DNA of 57,354 nt from an uncultured virus (IMG/VR IMGVR_UViG_3300028165_000034). Lineage: Duplodnaviria > Heunggongvirae > Uroviricota > Caudoviricetes. The number at the start of each line of letters is the position of its first letter. Position 1 is the first letter of the stretch. The stretch lies in IMG/VR virus record IMGVR_UViG_3300028165_000034, positions 62,001 to 119,354 of that record, one strand, 5' to 3'. Below the pieces are notes generated by a model, which saw nothing but the letters and a program-made list of their open reading frames with translations, was not told the DNA's origin and searched no databases. This document shows, in pieces, positions 8,833-18,914 of this stretch. Made by a program: the position numbers and the translations under genes.

Positions 8833-11142
8833 ATGAGCGAAGTGCTGATTCTTTCCGACGTTGGCCTACAGGCGATCAACAACGCGTCGGCAGGCGGCCA
8901 GCTCGTTGACGCTACCTTCTTCAAGTTTGGGGACTCCTCGCAGTCCCCGAGCAAGACTGATGCCGTCGACATTCTGGGCAACAACCTCTTCGAGGGTACC
9001 ATCCACCACGTGGAGGTGCTCTCCAAGAACACCGCTCGCTTCGTCTTTGAAATCCCGGGCTACCTGATCAAGGAAGACACGGAAGTCCGTGAGACCTGCG
9101 TATACCTGAGCAGCCGTACGCTGCTTGGGCGCTGTGTCTTCGAGACGCCTTACATCCTGATCAAGGGTGAGACGGTTCGCTTCAACTGCCTGCTGGTAAC
9201 TAGCCGTTGTGACCTGACGACTATCAACGTCACCATTGGCGACTACTCGTCCATTCCATCGACGCCCAACGTCTTCCGTCTGCAATCGCCTGGAGAAAGC
9301 TCGTTCAATGCGGTTACGGTACTGGATGGTACGTATAACTCGGATGGCAGTGCTACTCCTGTTCTGGCTATGCGTTCTGGTGCAGGTGGTTTCCAGTGGG
9401 CATTTAGCGACCATGATCGTATCTTCTTCGGAAAGCCCACGGCTGCCAGCGCTACTGAGATTACTCTCAGCGGAATCGACCTCGACGATAACGAGATAGT
9501 CATTGGCCACGTCGTCCTCGGCAATGGTCAAGGCAAGTCGCGCCGTTACCGTGTGTCGGGTACCAAGCTGGTTGAAGCTGACTCGCAGCCAGTCACTGGC
9601 CTCGATGCCCAATCGACTATCGCTGTATGGCGACGTCGTGGAGGTGCTGGTGGTGCAGGCGGTGCGTGCTCTTACCCGCCGATCATGGATGGTGTGCCTG
9701 CTGACTGGGTACTCGTTCGTGGTTATGACGAATGCCCACGTTGGGCGCCACCCAAGTCGTCTGGTGGGATCAATAGCACGCTGTACCGTGCGCCTTCCAA
9801 GCTGGTAATGAGCACTATCAACTACACAGGCGATGGTACCGAGGCACGCTATGCCCTTGGCGATCTGGAAATCGAGAACGTCAACTACCTGCAGCCAGCG
9901 CTTGGTGGTGTAACCCAGCACCGTGATGCGTTTGATATGAGCGGCAACGAGATTGAGTTTGTGGAGGCAATTGCCGCCCAGATTCCAATTGACCTGCGCC
10001 TGTTCACACGTATCCCGTCGAACGGCAGCCGCATGTTGATCAAGGTTGACCATGTGGTGGGTGATGGCAGCACGCAGAACTTCAAGATCAGCCAGCCCGT
10101 GCAAGACGCCAACTACATCAAGGCGTACATTCGCGGTATCCGGCAGATGCTCACCACGTTCACCTACGATGCCACAACGCAGGAGGTCAAGTTTGTAGCA
10201 CCGATCCCTGCTGGCGTTGACGTGGAGTTGCGTAGCTTCCGTATCGAAGACTTCGAGGGTTACAGCACCACCATCTCGACCATCGCCACGATCACCAGTG
10301 ACGACACGTACTTCCTCGAACTGCCGTTCACTCCGCAGTCGGTTGAGTACATCGAGGTATCCCAGTCTGGTGCGCACATCCATGGCAACCAGTACACTCT
10401 GGTAGACAACAAGGTGATCTTCACTGGGCCGATTCGCAAAGGCCTGGGTGTCGAGATTACCCTGTACGACAACGCGCCAGCACAAGGCAGTAGCAATACC
10501 AACCTTGCTGGTGTGGTCATTGATGCAGTGCTTACTGGTCGTACCTTGAAGCTCCTGCGTCATGGTGCCAAGCCGATTGTCCTGCCTGTGCCTGGCGTAT
10601 CGCTGATCGCTGGCTCGGGTATCCGTATCAGTGGTTCGCACCCTGTGTACCGGATCGAATCGACCATCAGTGAGCAACTGACTGATGCCGAGGCCAACTT
10701 CAAGTTCACGGATACTCGGAACCAGAAGGACGCCCAAGAGATTCTGTTCACGCACCGTGTCAATCTCTCCAGTGACGTGATGGTGACTGTCCACGCTGAC
10801 TTCCAAGCAGCACTCGGCCCTGGCTTCGTCACGGAAGAAGGCTTGGAGATCATGGAGTACGTGGTTGGCTTCCGTTCGTCCAAGAGTCAGGAGCCTGATT
10901 ACGGTCGCCAGATTGCAGGTACTGGTACTGCTGGCTTCTCGTCCCTTGGTGGCGACAAGAACGAACGTGCCTACTCCAACGCCTCGCTCACTCAGGTCTA
11001 CGATATTGTGACCAAGAACCACCCAGCGGGCTACATCGACGTTGTGGTGAAGATGCGGGTGAAGAACGCGAACGTGAGCCAGTACGGTTCGTTCCTGAAC
11101 GTCAACGTCAACATCATCGGTACGCCGAAGATTGCCAAATAG
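8833..11142 (+). CDS. Tail-fibre/baseplate attachment protein (tail-collar-like N-terminus)
   Basis: LSDVGLQAINNA...FKFGD N-terminus typical of tail-fibre anchors; repeated GDG...F.L...GV.Q....F...P..G..VE beta domains. Confidence 0.7.
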   Translation: MSEVLILSDVGLQAINNASAGGQLVDATFFKFGDSSQSPSKTDAVDILGNNLFEGTIHHVEVLSKNTARFVFEIPGYLIKEDTEVRETCVYLSSRTLLGRCVFETPYILIKGETVRFNCLLVTSRCDLTTINVTIGDYSSIPSTPNVFRLQSPGESSFNAVTVLDGTYNSDGSATPVLAMRSGAGGFQWAFSDHDRIFFGKPTAASATEITLSGIDLDDNEIVIGHVVLGNGQGKSRRYRVSGTKLVEADSQPVTGLDAQSTIAVWRRRGGAGGAGGACSYPPIMDGVPADWVLVRGYDECPRWAPPKSSGGINSTLYRAPSKLVMSTINYTGDGTEARYALGDLEIENVNYLQPALGGVTQHRDAFDMSGNEIEFVEAIAAQIPIDLRLFTRIPSNGSRMLIKVDHVVGDGSTQNFKISQPVQDANYIKAYIRGIRQMLTTFTYDATTQEVKFVAPIPAGVDVELRSFRIEDFEGYSTTISTIATITSDDTYFLELPFTPQSVEYIEVSQSGAHIHGNQYTLVDNKVIFTGPIRKGLGVEITLYDNAPAQGSSNTNLAGVVIDAVLTGRTLKLLRHGAKPIVLPVPGVSLIAGSGIRISGSHPVYRIESTISEQLTDAEANFKFTDTRNQKDAQEILFTHRVNLSSDVMVTVHADFQAALGPGFVTEEGLEIMEYVVGFRSSKSQEPDYGRQIAGTGTAGFSSLGGDKNERAYSNASLTQVYDIVTKNHPAGYIDVVVKMRVKNANVSQYGSFLNVNVNIIGTPKIAK

Positions 11143-11149
11143 GTGAGCC

Positions 11150-11611
11150 ATGATCTGCTACGTCATGCCCGATGGGAGTTATGGACGCAGCACACAGCCG
11201 CCACACGACGCCATTCCCATTGGTGACGACATATACAGGATGCTGGAGGACAACCCTGGCATGCTGGACATTGAAGTCACCGGTGTGAATGTTCGGATCA
11301 GCCCATCGCTTATTTCCTACAAGGCAAAGGCGCTGGAGATTATCCGTACCGAAGTGGGCAAGCTGCTGCCGTCTGAGCAGCATCTGAACCAACTGCACCG
11401 CAGCGTTGCTTGCGAGCAGTCCTGTTTCGATGAGGTCCTTGGCTGGTTAACGGTTGAGGACACGCGCAAGACGTTTGCGCAGCTTAACGAACGGCACAAC
11501 AAGCTGCGATTCATTCAACACGACAGCACCTCCATGGTGGGGCAAGCAACAGCCTGTGAACAGGTTGATACCATACTGGAGGCATTGTCGCATACACTAG
11601 GTGCACTATGA
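11150..11611 (+). CDS. Hypothetical protein, possible fibre assembly chaperone
   Basis: Operon-coupled ORF immediately after the fibre gene; function inferred from position only. Confidence 0.55.
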   Translation: MICYVMPDGSYGRSTQPPHDAIPIGDDIYRMLEDNPGMLDIEVTGVNVRISPSLISYKAKALEIIRTEVGKLLPSEQHLNQLHRSVACEQSCFDEVLGWLTVEDTRKTFAQLNERHNKLRFIQHDSTSMVGQATACEQVDTILEALSHTLGAL

Positions 11612-13017
11612 GTGTGAAAGGTGTTTCCGACTCTCCACTCCTTGGGAAGTCTATCCTAGGAGACCAATCCCGGGTGCCCATCGGTGCGCCTGTGATTACA
11701 AACCTCAGGGTGAAGAACTCGAAAGAGATTCAGGCCCTGATGACTGGCCAGACATTGACTGAGCCACAACTCAACCAGTTCGAGACGTTTGGGCAGGATG
11801 GCAGGGAAGCCTTCCGCAAAGAGTCCAACAGCATCGACTACCGTGATCGCACGCTGGAGAACGGGCGCCTTATCGAGGAGTGGAGCTACGACCCACAAAC
11901 GGGTTCGCTTGTCCTCGTGCGGAAGAACCAAGAAGAGTACCGCATCTTCAACTTCCTGCGCCAAGACGCGATGGGTCATGGTGCTACAGGTCCTCGTGGC
12001 GATCCGGGTAAAGATGGGAAGAACGGACGTCTCGGTCGTGATGGTGCTCAAGGTGCTACCGGTTGCGAAGGTGAGAAGGGTGATCCGGGTGAGACTGGTA
12101 ACCCAGGCGTCGAAGGTAATCCCGGCATCATGGGCTTGCAAGGTCCAGACGGTTGTGAGGGTGCATCGGGCGATCGTGGTGTCGTGGGTCCACAGGGACG
12201 TAACGGGTTTGAAGGCGCTCGTGGCCTCACTGGACCAAGTTGCGATGAAGAGAACACTGGCGCTCAAGGTGCACAAGGTGCCAAGTTCGGTAAGGGTGTT
12301 GCCTTTGGCCTAGCCGCTGCCTCTGATCCAGAAGTCGCAATCATGGGCTTGGACGATGACGGTGTTGATGCAGTTGCGCCAACGTGTGGCTGGACTGGTA
12401 AGCTGTGCGGTGCAACTACTGCGCCAGCAACGCCTGCTCCTGATACATCAGCGCCAGCTAACCCATCGCCTCCACCTACTGCATCTGCGCGCATCAGCCT
12501 GTGTACGAGCTTTGGTAACCAGAGTCCGAAGAGTTCGTGTGGTGGTACCTCGACTGCGTGGTATGTTGCATGGGCCAACTTCGATGCAGGTGGCGGTGTA
12601 CTGGGTCTCTCGGGACTTCCACTCGCACGGCAAAACACTGCATGGTGGCCAAACAGTGTCGTCATGTGTGGTACTCTGGCCGCTGGTGCAGCGTACACCT
12701 TCGAGTTGATTACTCCACCGGGCGTTGCCTCCACCTTGTTCCTGAACTGTGCGATCATCAGCCAGACGGACTACCCAGGTGGTACCACGCGAGTCACGAA
12801 GACACTGGACAAACCCACTGAGGTTCGCCTGCGCTTCCTCAACAACGCAGCGCGCATCCCAACGTGGTGTGCCCTGAAAATCTACAACGCCTCCACAGGC
12901 GAACTGCTGTACTTCACGGGTAAGAATGCCAAGAACGCCGGCCTCAAAGGTGAGTTTGCCTCATCCAAGACTGACGACAACTGGGCAGGCAACAGCTCCG
13001 TGCAGCAGTACCTATAA
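11608..13017 (+). CDS. Collagen-like fibre protein 1 (29 Gly-X-Y triplets, Cys-rich C-terminal beta domain)
   Basis: Uninterrupted Gly-X-Y run; YDPQTGSLVL N-domain shared with paralogues. Confidence 0.85.
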   Translation: MSVKGVSDSPLLGKSILGDQSRVPIGAPVITNLRVKNSKEIQALMTGQTLTEPQLNQFETFGQDGREAFRKESNSIDYRDRTLENGRLIEEWSYDPQTGSLVLVRKNQEEYRIFNFLRQDAMGHGATGPRGDPGKDGKNGRLGRDGAQGATGCEGEKGDPGETGNPGVEGNPGIMGLQGPDGCEGASGDRGVVGPQGRNGFEGARGLTGPSCDEENTGAQGAQGAKFGKGVAFGLAAASDPEVAIMGLDDDGVDAVAPTCGWTGKLCGATTAPATPAPDTSAPANPSPPPTASARISLCTSFGNQSPKSSCGGTSTAWYVAWANFDAGGGVLGLSGLPLARQNTAWWPNSVVMCGTLAAGAAYTFELITPPGVASTLFLNCAIISQTDYPGGTTRVTKTLDKPTEVRLRFLNNAARIPTWCALKIYNASTGELLYFTGKNAKNAGLKGEFASSKTDDNWAGNSSVQQYL

Positions 13018-13026
13018 GGATTCAAC

Positions 13027-13722
13027 ATGACAGGCTTGACTCGAATCCACAGTTCGTTGATCTATGCCCCGGGTGAATCAGACCAGACCGAAGTAGTGGT
13101 CAGGGACGAACACCTTGAGGCCAGTGCGCCGCTTGAGTCGGATATCAGTGAAGTCTCCAGCGGCTACTACGATGCCCAGCTGGGTATCCTGACGCTCACC
13201 ATGAGCAACGGTGATACCGTTCGTATCAATGGCTTTGCCACAGCGGGTAACATCCCTGCTGGTCCCACAGGCCCTCAGGGTTTGCCGGGTAAAGATGGCC
13301 AAGACGGCCGTGATGGTAAGGACGGTGAGAAAGGCGAAGAGGGTTGCCAAGGTCCAGCGGGGCCACAAGGCGCCACTGGTGCTACCGGCCCTGATGGTCG
13401 CGATGGCATGATGGGTCAGCAAGGCGTTCGTGGTTGCCCAGGTCCCAAGGGTGCACCGGGTGAACGCGGACCCACTGGCCCGCAAGGTCCAATCGGCCCC
13501 ACTGGTCCAAGAGGTGAGCAAGGTCCTACGGGTAAGCCGGGTGCTCCTGGCCCTGCAGGTACCGTGAATATCATCGTCTCCACTACTGACCCTGGTAACG
13601 TGGGTGCTGGCTGGCTCTGGGTTAACCCAAGCGCCACTGAAACTCCTGCATCGGGTGGCGGCGGTGGCGGCACTGTAACGCCTCCTGCGACTGACCCACC
13701 CATCGGCACTCCATGGCCATAA
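13027..13722 (+). CDS. Collagen-like fibre protein 2 (~34 triplets)
   Basis: Gly-X-Y run; [13 protein letters not shown]-domain; C-terminal DP....G.LWV.P; AAGGA RBS. Confidence 0.88.
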   Translation: MTGLTRIHSSLIYAPGESDQTEVVVRDEHLEASAPLESDISEVSSGYYDAQLGILTLTMSNGDTVRINGFATAGNIPAGPTGPQGLPGKDGQDGRDGKDGEKGEEGCQGPAGPQGATGATGPDGRDGMMGQQGVRGCPGPKGAPGERGPTGPQGPIGPTGPRGEQGPTGKPGAPGPAGTVNIIVSTTDPGNVGAGWLWVNPSATETPASGGGGGGTVTPPATDPPIGTPWP

Positions 13723-13734
13723 CAAGGTGACCTT

Positions 13735-14250
13735 ATGCTGACTCGCGTTCCACTCAAATTGCTCGATGCCAAAGGTCGCTCTGGTAGTGACGTGCGCTTC
13801 GATGGTAACAACGTCGTGGTGGAAGAGGATAGCCTCAACCAGAACGACTACGGCATCACGGCTGGTAACTACGACGCCACCTCTGGTACCCTGACGCTCG
13901 TCCTGCGCAATGGTGAAAGCCTCCAGCTCTCTGGGTTCACCACTGTCAGCGACATGGGCGTTGGCCAAGCAGGCCCCACTGGCCCAGCAGGTCAAGATGG
14001 CCGTGATGGTCTCAATGGTACTGACGGTGAGAAGGGTGCCACTGGTTGCCAAGGCCCAGCTGGCCCTCCCGGTCGTCAAGGCCCTCGCGGCGAACAAGGC
14101 AACCCAGGGGCTACAGGCCCTAACGGTGCAACTGGACCCACTGGCCCTGATGGCAAGGATGGCGTCGTTCAAATCTGGATTCAGACCGCTGACCCAGTGC
14201 TGGATGCTGCCGTCCACGTTGTCCCTGGGGCACTGTGGGTCAAGCCATAA
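13735..14250 (+). CDS. Collagen-like fibre protein 3 (~23 triplets)
   Basis: Gly-X-Y run; LTRVPL.LLD and [13 protein letters not shown]-domain; C-terminal GALWVKP. Confidence 0.88.
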   Translation: MLTRVPLKLLDAKGRSGSDVRFDGNNVVVEEDSLNQNDYGITAGNYDATSGTLTLVLRNGESLQLSGFTTVSDMGVGQAGPTGPAGQDGRDGLNGTDGEKGATGCQGPAGPPGRQGPRGEQGNPGATGPNGATGPTGPDGKDGVVQIWIQTADPVLDAAVHVVPGALWVKP

Positions 14251-14265
14251 GTTGGAGTTCTACCA

Positions 14266-17200
14266 ATGAGTAGACTAAGAATCAGGAATGCGGCCAACAC
14301 CAAGTGGTTGGATATCTGCCAGAGTGAATGGCGGGTGCGCAATCCAAGCAACACAGGCTGGACACGCATCACTCCTGCGCAGGGCATGAAGGTTCGCCAT
14401 GGTGCTGAGACCTATTGGCTGGACATTGATTGCAAGGCGGAAGGCCTAGCCAGTTGTGACACTGAGGATGAGTACGGCGGCACACCGGACGGTAAGGGTA
14501 GCAATGGTTCAGGTGGTGGTAACGGCTCCGGCGGTGGAACAGGTGGCAACGGAGGCAACGGAGGGGCGGGCGGTAACGGCACGGACCCTGGGTCTGGGTC
14601 GGGCGGAATAGGAGGCGGTTTGAACGGTCCTGGCAGCCCTTGGTACAATAATGGGGATAAAGGATCCGGCCAAGGCGGCTCTGGATGGCAGGAAGGAGCA
14701 CCATATCCAGGTGGCTATGATCTGCCAGATAGCGATGGGGATGGAGCGGGCGACAAGGGCTCGTGTATCTACCGTCCCGGACTGGGTGTCTGTGAGGAGA
14801 AGGGTGTCCTCATTATCCGTCCGGACATGGACTGCGGTACGAAGATCGCCGGTGGGTTTGATTGCCCATTCGAGTGCCCAAGTGCTATCAATGGTAGCGG
14901 TAAGGGTATCTGGGAGTTCTACCTGAACATGGGCAAGGAAGGCGGTGCGGTGCGTATGCCATGGATGGCGAACGCTGGTGCTGTTAGTGTCGATGTGTAC
15001 TACCGCGGCAAGGTCATTGCGAGCACTGGTGGGCAGCGTACTGGCAAAGGCGTATTGCAGTTCGTGTTCACGCCGGTGAATAACGACCCACTGGTGTTTG
15101 TCCGGGTTAGGGCTACTAAGGCCAGCAAGTGGACGCTCCAGATGAAGTGCGTGGGTGACGACGATACGGACGGTGAAATCACTGATCCACGTCCATGCCA
15201 CGGTACGTTCGAGGTGAAGAAAGAAGGCGGGTTGGGAACGTTTGAGTTCTATCACGCCATGGGTGATAAGGCTGGCTTGGTAGACATACACTACCAGATG
15301 TGGAACCAGCCGGATAAGCTCGAAGTATTCCAAGACGGACGGTTGCTCAAGTCTACTGGCGGATACGTGGCAGGCGAAGGCCATGTGAAGTTTGACTATT
15401 CGCCTACCGAGTCGCAGCTTGTCATGGTGCGCATCACTGCACGGGACCCTGGGACCTCGTGGATTTACCTGATCACCTGTCCGGGCGAGAAGGGTAGTGA
15501 AGATGATCCACGGCCGTGTTCGGATCAGAGCGCCGTGACGTCTGGTGGTGCTGGTGTTACTGACACCTATGTCGATATGGGTCCGAATGCTGGTAAGGTG
15601 GGTGTGCGTTACCAGATGTACAACATCCCCGATAAGCTGGACGTCTATCAAGGCGGTACGTTGGTTGCGACGACTGGTGGGCCTGTTACTGGCGATCACT
15701 GGCTGTACTTCAACTACAACCCCGCTGGTGGTCAGAAGATCCAGATTCGGGTAACTGGCAGCGGTAAGACCTCGTGGTCGTTCCTGCATACGTGCCCGGG
15801 TGATGAGGATCCAAACATCAGCATCGACGATCCGATTGTCAAGGAAGGCAAGGAGGGTGAGACTGCCCAACTCTGCTGGACCGTGACTATGGATAAGCCG
15901 CAGTCCATGCCTGTGACTGTCGATTACCAATCTGGTGGCGGTACTGCTAAGCCCTTCATCTGCCAAGGCCGGATTTTGGCGAACGACGAGTTCAACAACC
16001 CCTTTATCGCAGTCGCGGACTGTGGCGTTGGTCGTGCAGCATTCGATGGCGGGTTCCCCAAGTTCTACAACAATGCCTACAGGGCGCCGCAGGATGCACC
16101 TACTGGTCAGGCCGTATTCGACTCGTGGTGGCGGACGGCAGGCGACGAGTATTACTCGGACCCTACCACAATCCCTGCTGCATCGCAAGCTACTGCATGG
16201 CGGTTGTCGAGCGGGAACATCCAGTCGACCACGAACAGTTCCAAGATGATTTCGTTCTGTTCGCCGCTGTCGTACATGAGCTACACGTTTGAGGCCACGC
16301 TGTCGTCTGGCGAGGCGGATGACGATATGATCGGCTTGGTAGCTGCGTTCGCCCGTGTTGGTGCTGACAACTACCATCTGGTTGCATCGCGTGTACCCGG
16401 TGGCATGGGAGGTTATGGTAGTGGTAACTTCAATCTGACGCTGCTTGTCAACGGTGTACCTACTAAGGTGCTCGCGACGAAGACTTCTGGCGGCAACGGG
16501 AACTGGAATGGTCGTGGGCAGACCCGTGTGCGGGTTGAGCGTGACTGCAACATCATCACGATCTACTGCTCACCCTTTGGTTCGGTTGCACTGGACTCTG
16601 GCACCAAGATCGAAGTGGACCTGAGTGCAGATGCTGACCTGAGCGCATTCACAGGCCAGACCAGCTGGGGCTTCTGTGCCCAGTCGCAAGCAAACGCCAC
16701 GTTCAGCTCCGTGTTCGTGTCCGGCATTGGTCTGCCACCTGCATTCACCTACCTGAAGAACTTGATCCAGTGGACTGCGCGCACCAACAATCGCACAGGC
16801 AAGGTGTTGATTACCTGCGACAACGCGACTGGTGGGAACTACACGCTCGACAGTCAGCCCAACGGGTTCGGTATCAGCTTGCCGGGTACTGTCACGGCTG
16901 CTGGCTTCACGCCTGTGATGAAAGACGTGTACGCGTGGAACTCTGTGGGTGCTATCCCACTGGCTGAGCTCCTGACGTATGACACCATCATCTTCATGGG
17001 TTCGCGGGTGACGGCAACTGGTGTAGCGGCTGAAGGTATCCTGAAGGAGGGTTCGGTAGCCAACTTCGCCGAGTACGCTAAGCGCGGTGGTGGCCTTGTT
17101 GTCATCACTGACCACTACGTCTTCGAGTCTGGTGCCAACCAGTTGGCTAACCTGTTCGGGATGGAGTTCTACGGCTCAGTGGATCGTAGTGCTATCAGCG

Positions 17201-17916
17201 TAGCTGCCATGATTACTGCGTGGGGCGATCACCAAGCGTGGGATGGTCTGCACTGCGAGAAGATTCCTGCAGGCGGTAGTGAAGGTGCACTGCGCATCAA
17301 GGTTGAGGAGCGTGACTATCAGCCAACATCGGGTACCGTGACGTTCGCACCGGGTGAGACTTCCAAGCAGGTCTGTGTCCCAGTCTTCGGTAACGACGTG
17401 CAGCAACCTGATCGCACCGTGGGCATGACCATCGGCAATGCGTCGAAGGGTAACATCACCAAGTCTGGTGGCTTCGGCACGATCATGGATGACGACAGCG
17501 CGATCTGCAACCAGAACCCAAGCGAGCAAGTGTTCGAGCGCGCTGGTGGTCCTGATGGCTGCAATCTCCTGCACGTGCAGCCAAACTTCGATTGCGCTGC
17601 TGGCAACGTCATGTACCTGATGCAAGCCTTCATCCCGTTCACGTACAGCGGCTCGCACGTTATCACCGTTATCTCGGACGATGACTATGAGTTGTACATT
17701 GACTGTAAGAAGGTGGGCTCTGGTCCAATTGGCGTGGCAACACTCACTGTGGATGTACGCGCGGGGACTCGCAACGTGATCCTGCGATACAAGAACATCC
17801 CGAACTGTACGCCTGGCTATGCTGGATTCAGCGTGCGCTACAACAACCAAGTCCAGTACCTGACCAAAGCAGCAGATTGGAAAGGTCAAGCCAACAGCAT
17901 TGGGGAGATCGGATAA
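14266..17916 (+). CDS. Large Cys-rich adhesin-like virion protein (3 internal repeats, split Calx-beta, lectin/TSP-C-like domain)
   Basis: Three ~100-aa repeats ending C(P/V)G; Calx-beta motifs VTVDYQ..GGTA and DYQPTSGTVTFAPGETSKQV...IMDDD; DDDMIGLV lectin-like motif. Confidence 0.75.
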   Translation: MSRLRIRNAANTKWLDICQSEWRVRNPSNTGWTRITPAQGMKVRHGAETYWLDIDCKAEGLASCDTEDEYGGTPDGKGSNGSGGGNGSGGGTGGNGGNGGAGGNGTDPGSGSGGIGGGLNGPGSPWYNNGDKGSGQGGSGWQEGAPYPGGYDLPDSDGDGAGDKGSCIYRPGLGVCEEKGVLIIRPDMDCGTKIAGGFDCPFECPSAINGSGKGIWEFYLNMGKEGGAVRMPWMANAGAVSVDVYYRGKVIASTGGQRTGKGVLQFVFTPVNNDPLVFVRVRATKASKWTLQMKCVGDDDTDGEITDPRPCHGTFEVKKEGGLGTFEFYHAMGDKAGLVDIHYQMWNQPDKLEVFQDGRLLKSTGGYVAGEGHVKFDYSPTESQLVMVRITARDPGTSWIYLITCPGEKGSEDDPRPCSDQSAVTSGGAGVTDTYVDMGPNAGKVGVRYQMYNIPDKLDVYQGGTLVATTGGPVTGDHWLYFNYNPAGGQKIQIRVTGSGKTSWSFLHTCPGDEDPNISIDDPIVKEGKEGETAQLCWTVTMDKPQSMPVTVDYQSGGGTAKPFICQGRILANDEFNNPFIAVADCGVGRAAFDGGFPKFYNNAYRAPQDAPTGQAVFDSWWRTAGDEYYSDPTTIPAASQATAWRLSSGNIQSTTNSSKMISFCSPLSYMSYTFEATLSSGEADDDMIGLVAAFARVGADNYHLVASRVPGGMGGYGSGNFNLTLLVNGVPTKVLATKTSGGNGNWNGRGQTRVRVERDCNIITIYCSPFGSVALDSGTKIEVDLSADADLSAFTGQTSWGFCAQSQANATFSSVFVSGIGLPPAFTYLKNLIQWTARTNNRTGKVLITCDNATGGNYTLDSQPNGFGISLPGTVTAAGFTPVMKDVYAWNSVGAIPLAELLTYDTIIFMGSRVTATGVAAEGILKEGSVANFAEYAKRGGGLVVITDHYVFESGANQLANLFGMEFYGSVDRSAISVAAMITAWGDHQAWDGLHCEKIPAGGSEGALRIKVEERDYQPTSGTVTFAPGETSKQVCVPVFGNDVQQPDRTVGMTIGNASKGNITKSGGFGTIMDDDSAICNQNPSEQVFERAGGPDGCNLLHVQPNFDCAAGNVMYLMQAFIPFTYSGSHVITVISDDDYELYIDCKKVGSGPIGVATLTVDVRAGTRNVILRYKNIPNCTPGYAGFSVRYNNQVQYLTKAADWKGQANSIGEIG

Positions 17917-18086
17917 TGGCAGTCAGACTCCGTGTTCGACAGTCCGTTAGCGACCCGTGGATTCAAAACTTTGACAAGCTGGGTTGGAAAGTCAGGGCGA
18001 GCGACAACAAGTCGTGGATTCAGATGAACCCGCTCAACACCAAGGTGCGCTCCTCGGACAACACCAAATGGCTCAACGTGAAGTGA
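17916..18086 (+). CDS. Small protein homologous to the N-terminus of the upstream adhesin
   Basis: ATG overlaps upstream TAA; (R/K)VR...N..W repeats match MSRLRIRNAANTKW...WRVRNPSNTGW. Confidence 0.75.
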   Translation: MAVRLRVRQSVSDPWIQNFDKLGWKVRASDNKSWIQMNPLNTKVRSSDNTKWLNVK

Positions 18087-18093
18087 GAAGACT

Positions 18094-18903
18094 ATGACTG
18101 GTAGACTGACCAGGGTGCCATTGCCGCTGCTCGATCCGGGCACGGGTGATACCAACGACATTGTGAAGTTCAACGGCAATGAGCTGGAGCTTCAGGATGA
18201 CGAGAATCTGAACGGTGATACCACAATCGTCTCCGGTGATTATGACTCGGAGACGGGCTCACTCGTTCTCAACCGCGCGGATCGCAGTACGCTGCTGATC
18301 CGTGGCTTCCTTACAACGCAGTCGGTGGGAGTGGGGCCTACGGGTCCCACTGGCCCTCAAGGCAAACCCGGCTCGAACGGTCGTAACGGTAAAGACGGCC
18401 GTGTCGGCGATCAGGGTTGCGTTGGCCCCAAAGGTGATCCGGGTCCTCAGGGTGCAACCGGTCCTGCAGGTTCGAGTGGTGGTCCCGGTGTTCAGGGCGC
18501 TACTGGCCCGACGGGTCCCACCGGTCCGACTGGCCCAGCAGGGCAAGATGGTAAGACGCCAACGTTCGGCGTGGGTGAAGTCGATGCCTACGAGCGATTC
18601 GACAACCTCAGCTTGAAGTGCTGGGGCCGCTTCACGTCGACCGAGGCTGCGCTTTTCCAGCGCGTGATCTTCCCAGAGTCGTTCATCACCGACAAGCCTC
18701 GGACAATGCACATCCAGTTCATTAACCCGAAGAGCAACGTCAAGAACGCTGTGCGGATTGATCGGGTGAACAAGGGTAACGCAGAGCTTTCCGTGGACAC
18801 CTCGCTGCTTGCACAAGAGAGCGATGGTGCTGGCGGGACTCAACCTGTGGCTGCCACCGGCTGGGACTTCTACTACTTCGTCATTGGCAGCGACGCTCCT
18901 TAA
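18094..18903 (+). CDS. Collagen-like fibre protein 4 (~25 triplets, C-terminal fibre-tip/H-lectin-like domain)
   Basis: LTRVPLPLLD, YDSETGSLVL..GF; Gly-X-Y run; CWG....VIFPESF...FYYFVIG tip pattern. Confidence 0.85.
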   Translation: MTGRLTRVPLPLLDPGTGDTNDIVKFNGNELELQDDENLNGDTTIVSGDYDSETGSLVLNRADRSTLLIRGFLTTQSVGVGPTGPTGPQGKPGSNGRNGKDGRVGDQGCVGPKGDPGPQGATGPAGSSGGPGVQGATGPTGPTGPTGPAGQDGKTPTFGVGEVDAYERFDNLSLKCWGRFTSTEAALFQRVIFPESFITDKPRTMHIQFINPKSNVKNAVRIDRVNKGNAELSVDTSLLAQESDGAGGTQPVAATGWDFYYFVIGSDAP

Positions 18904-18914
18904 GGAGGTGGTGT

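Noticed and set aside
8866..11151. Very long antisense ORFs (also 345-1451, 5728-7701, 14509-16377, 22573-24276, 26943-28784, 49564-51516)
   Set aside because: They lie opposite well-supported genes and translate to V/D/H/R-rich shadow sequence. They are explained by scarcity of TTA/CTA/TCA codons on the coding strand.
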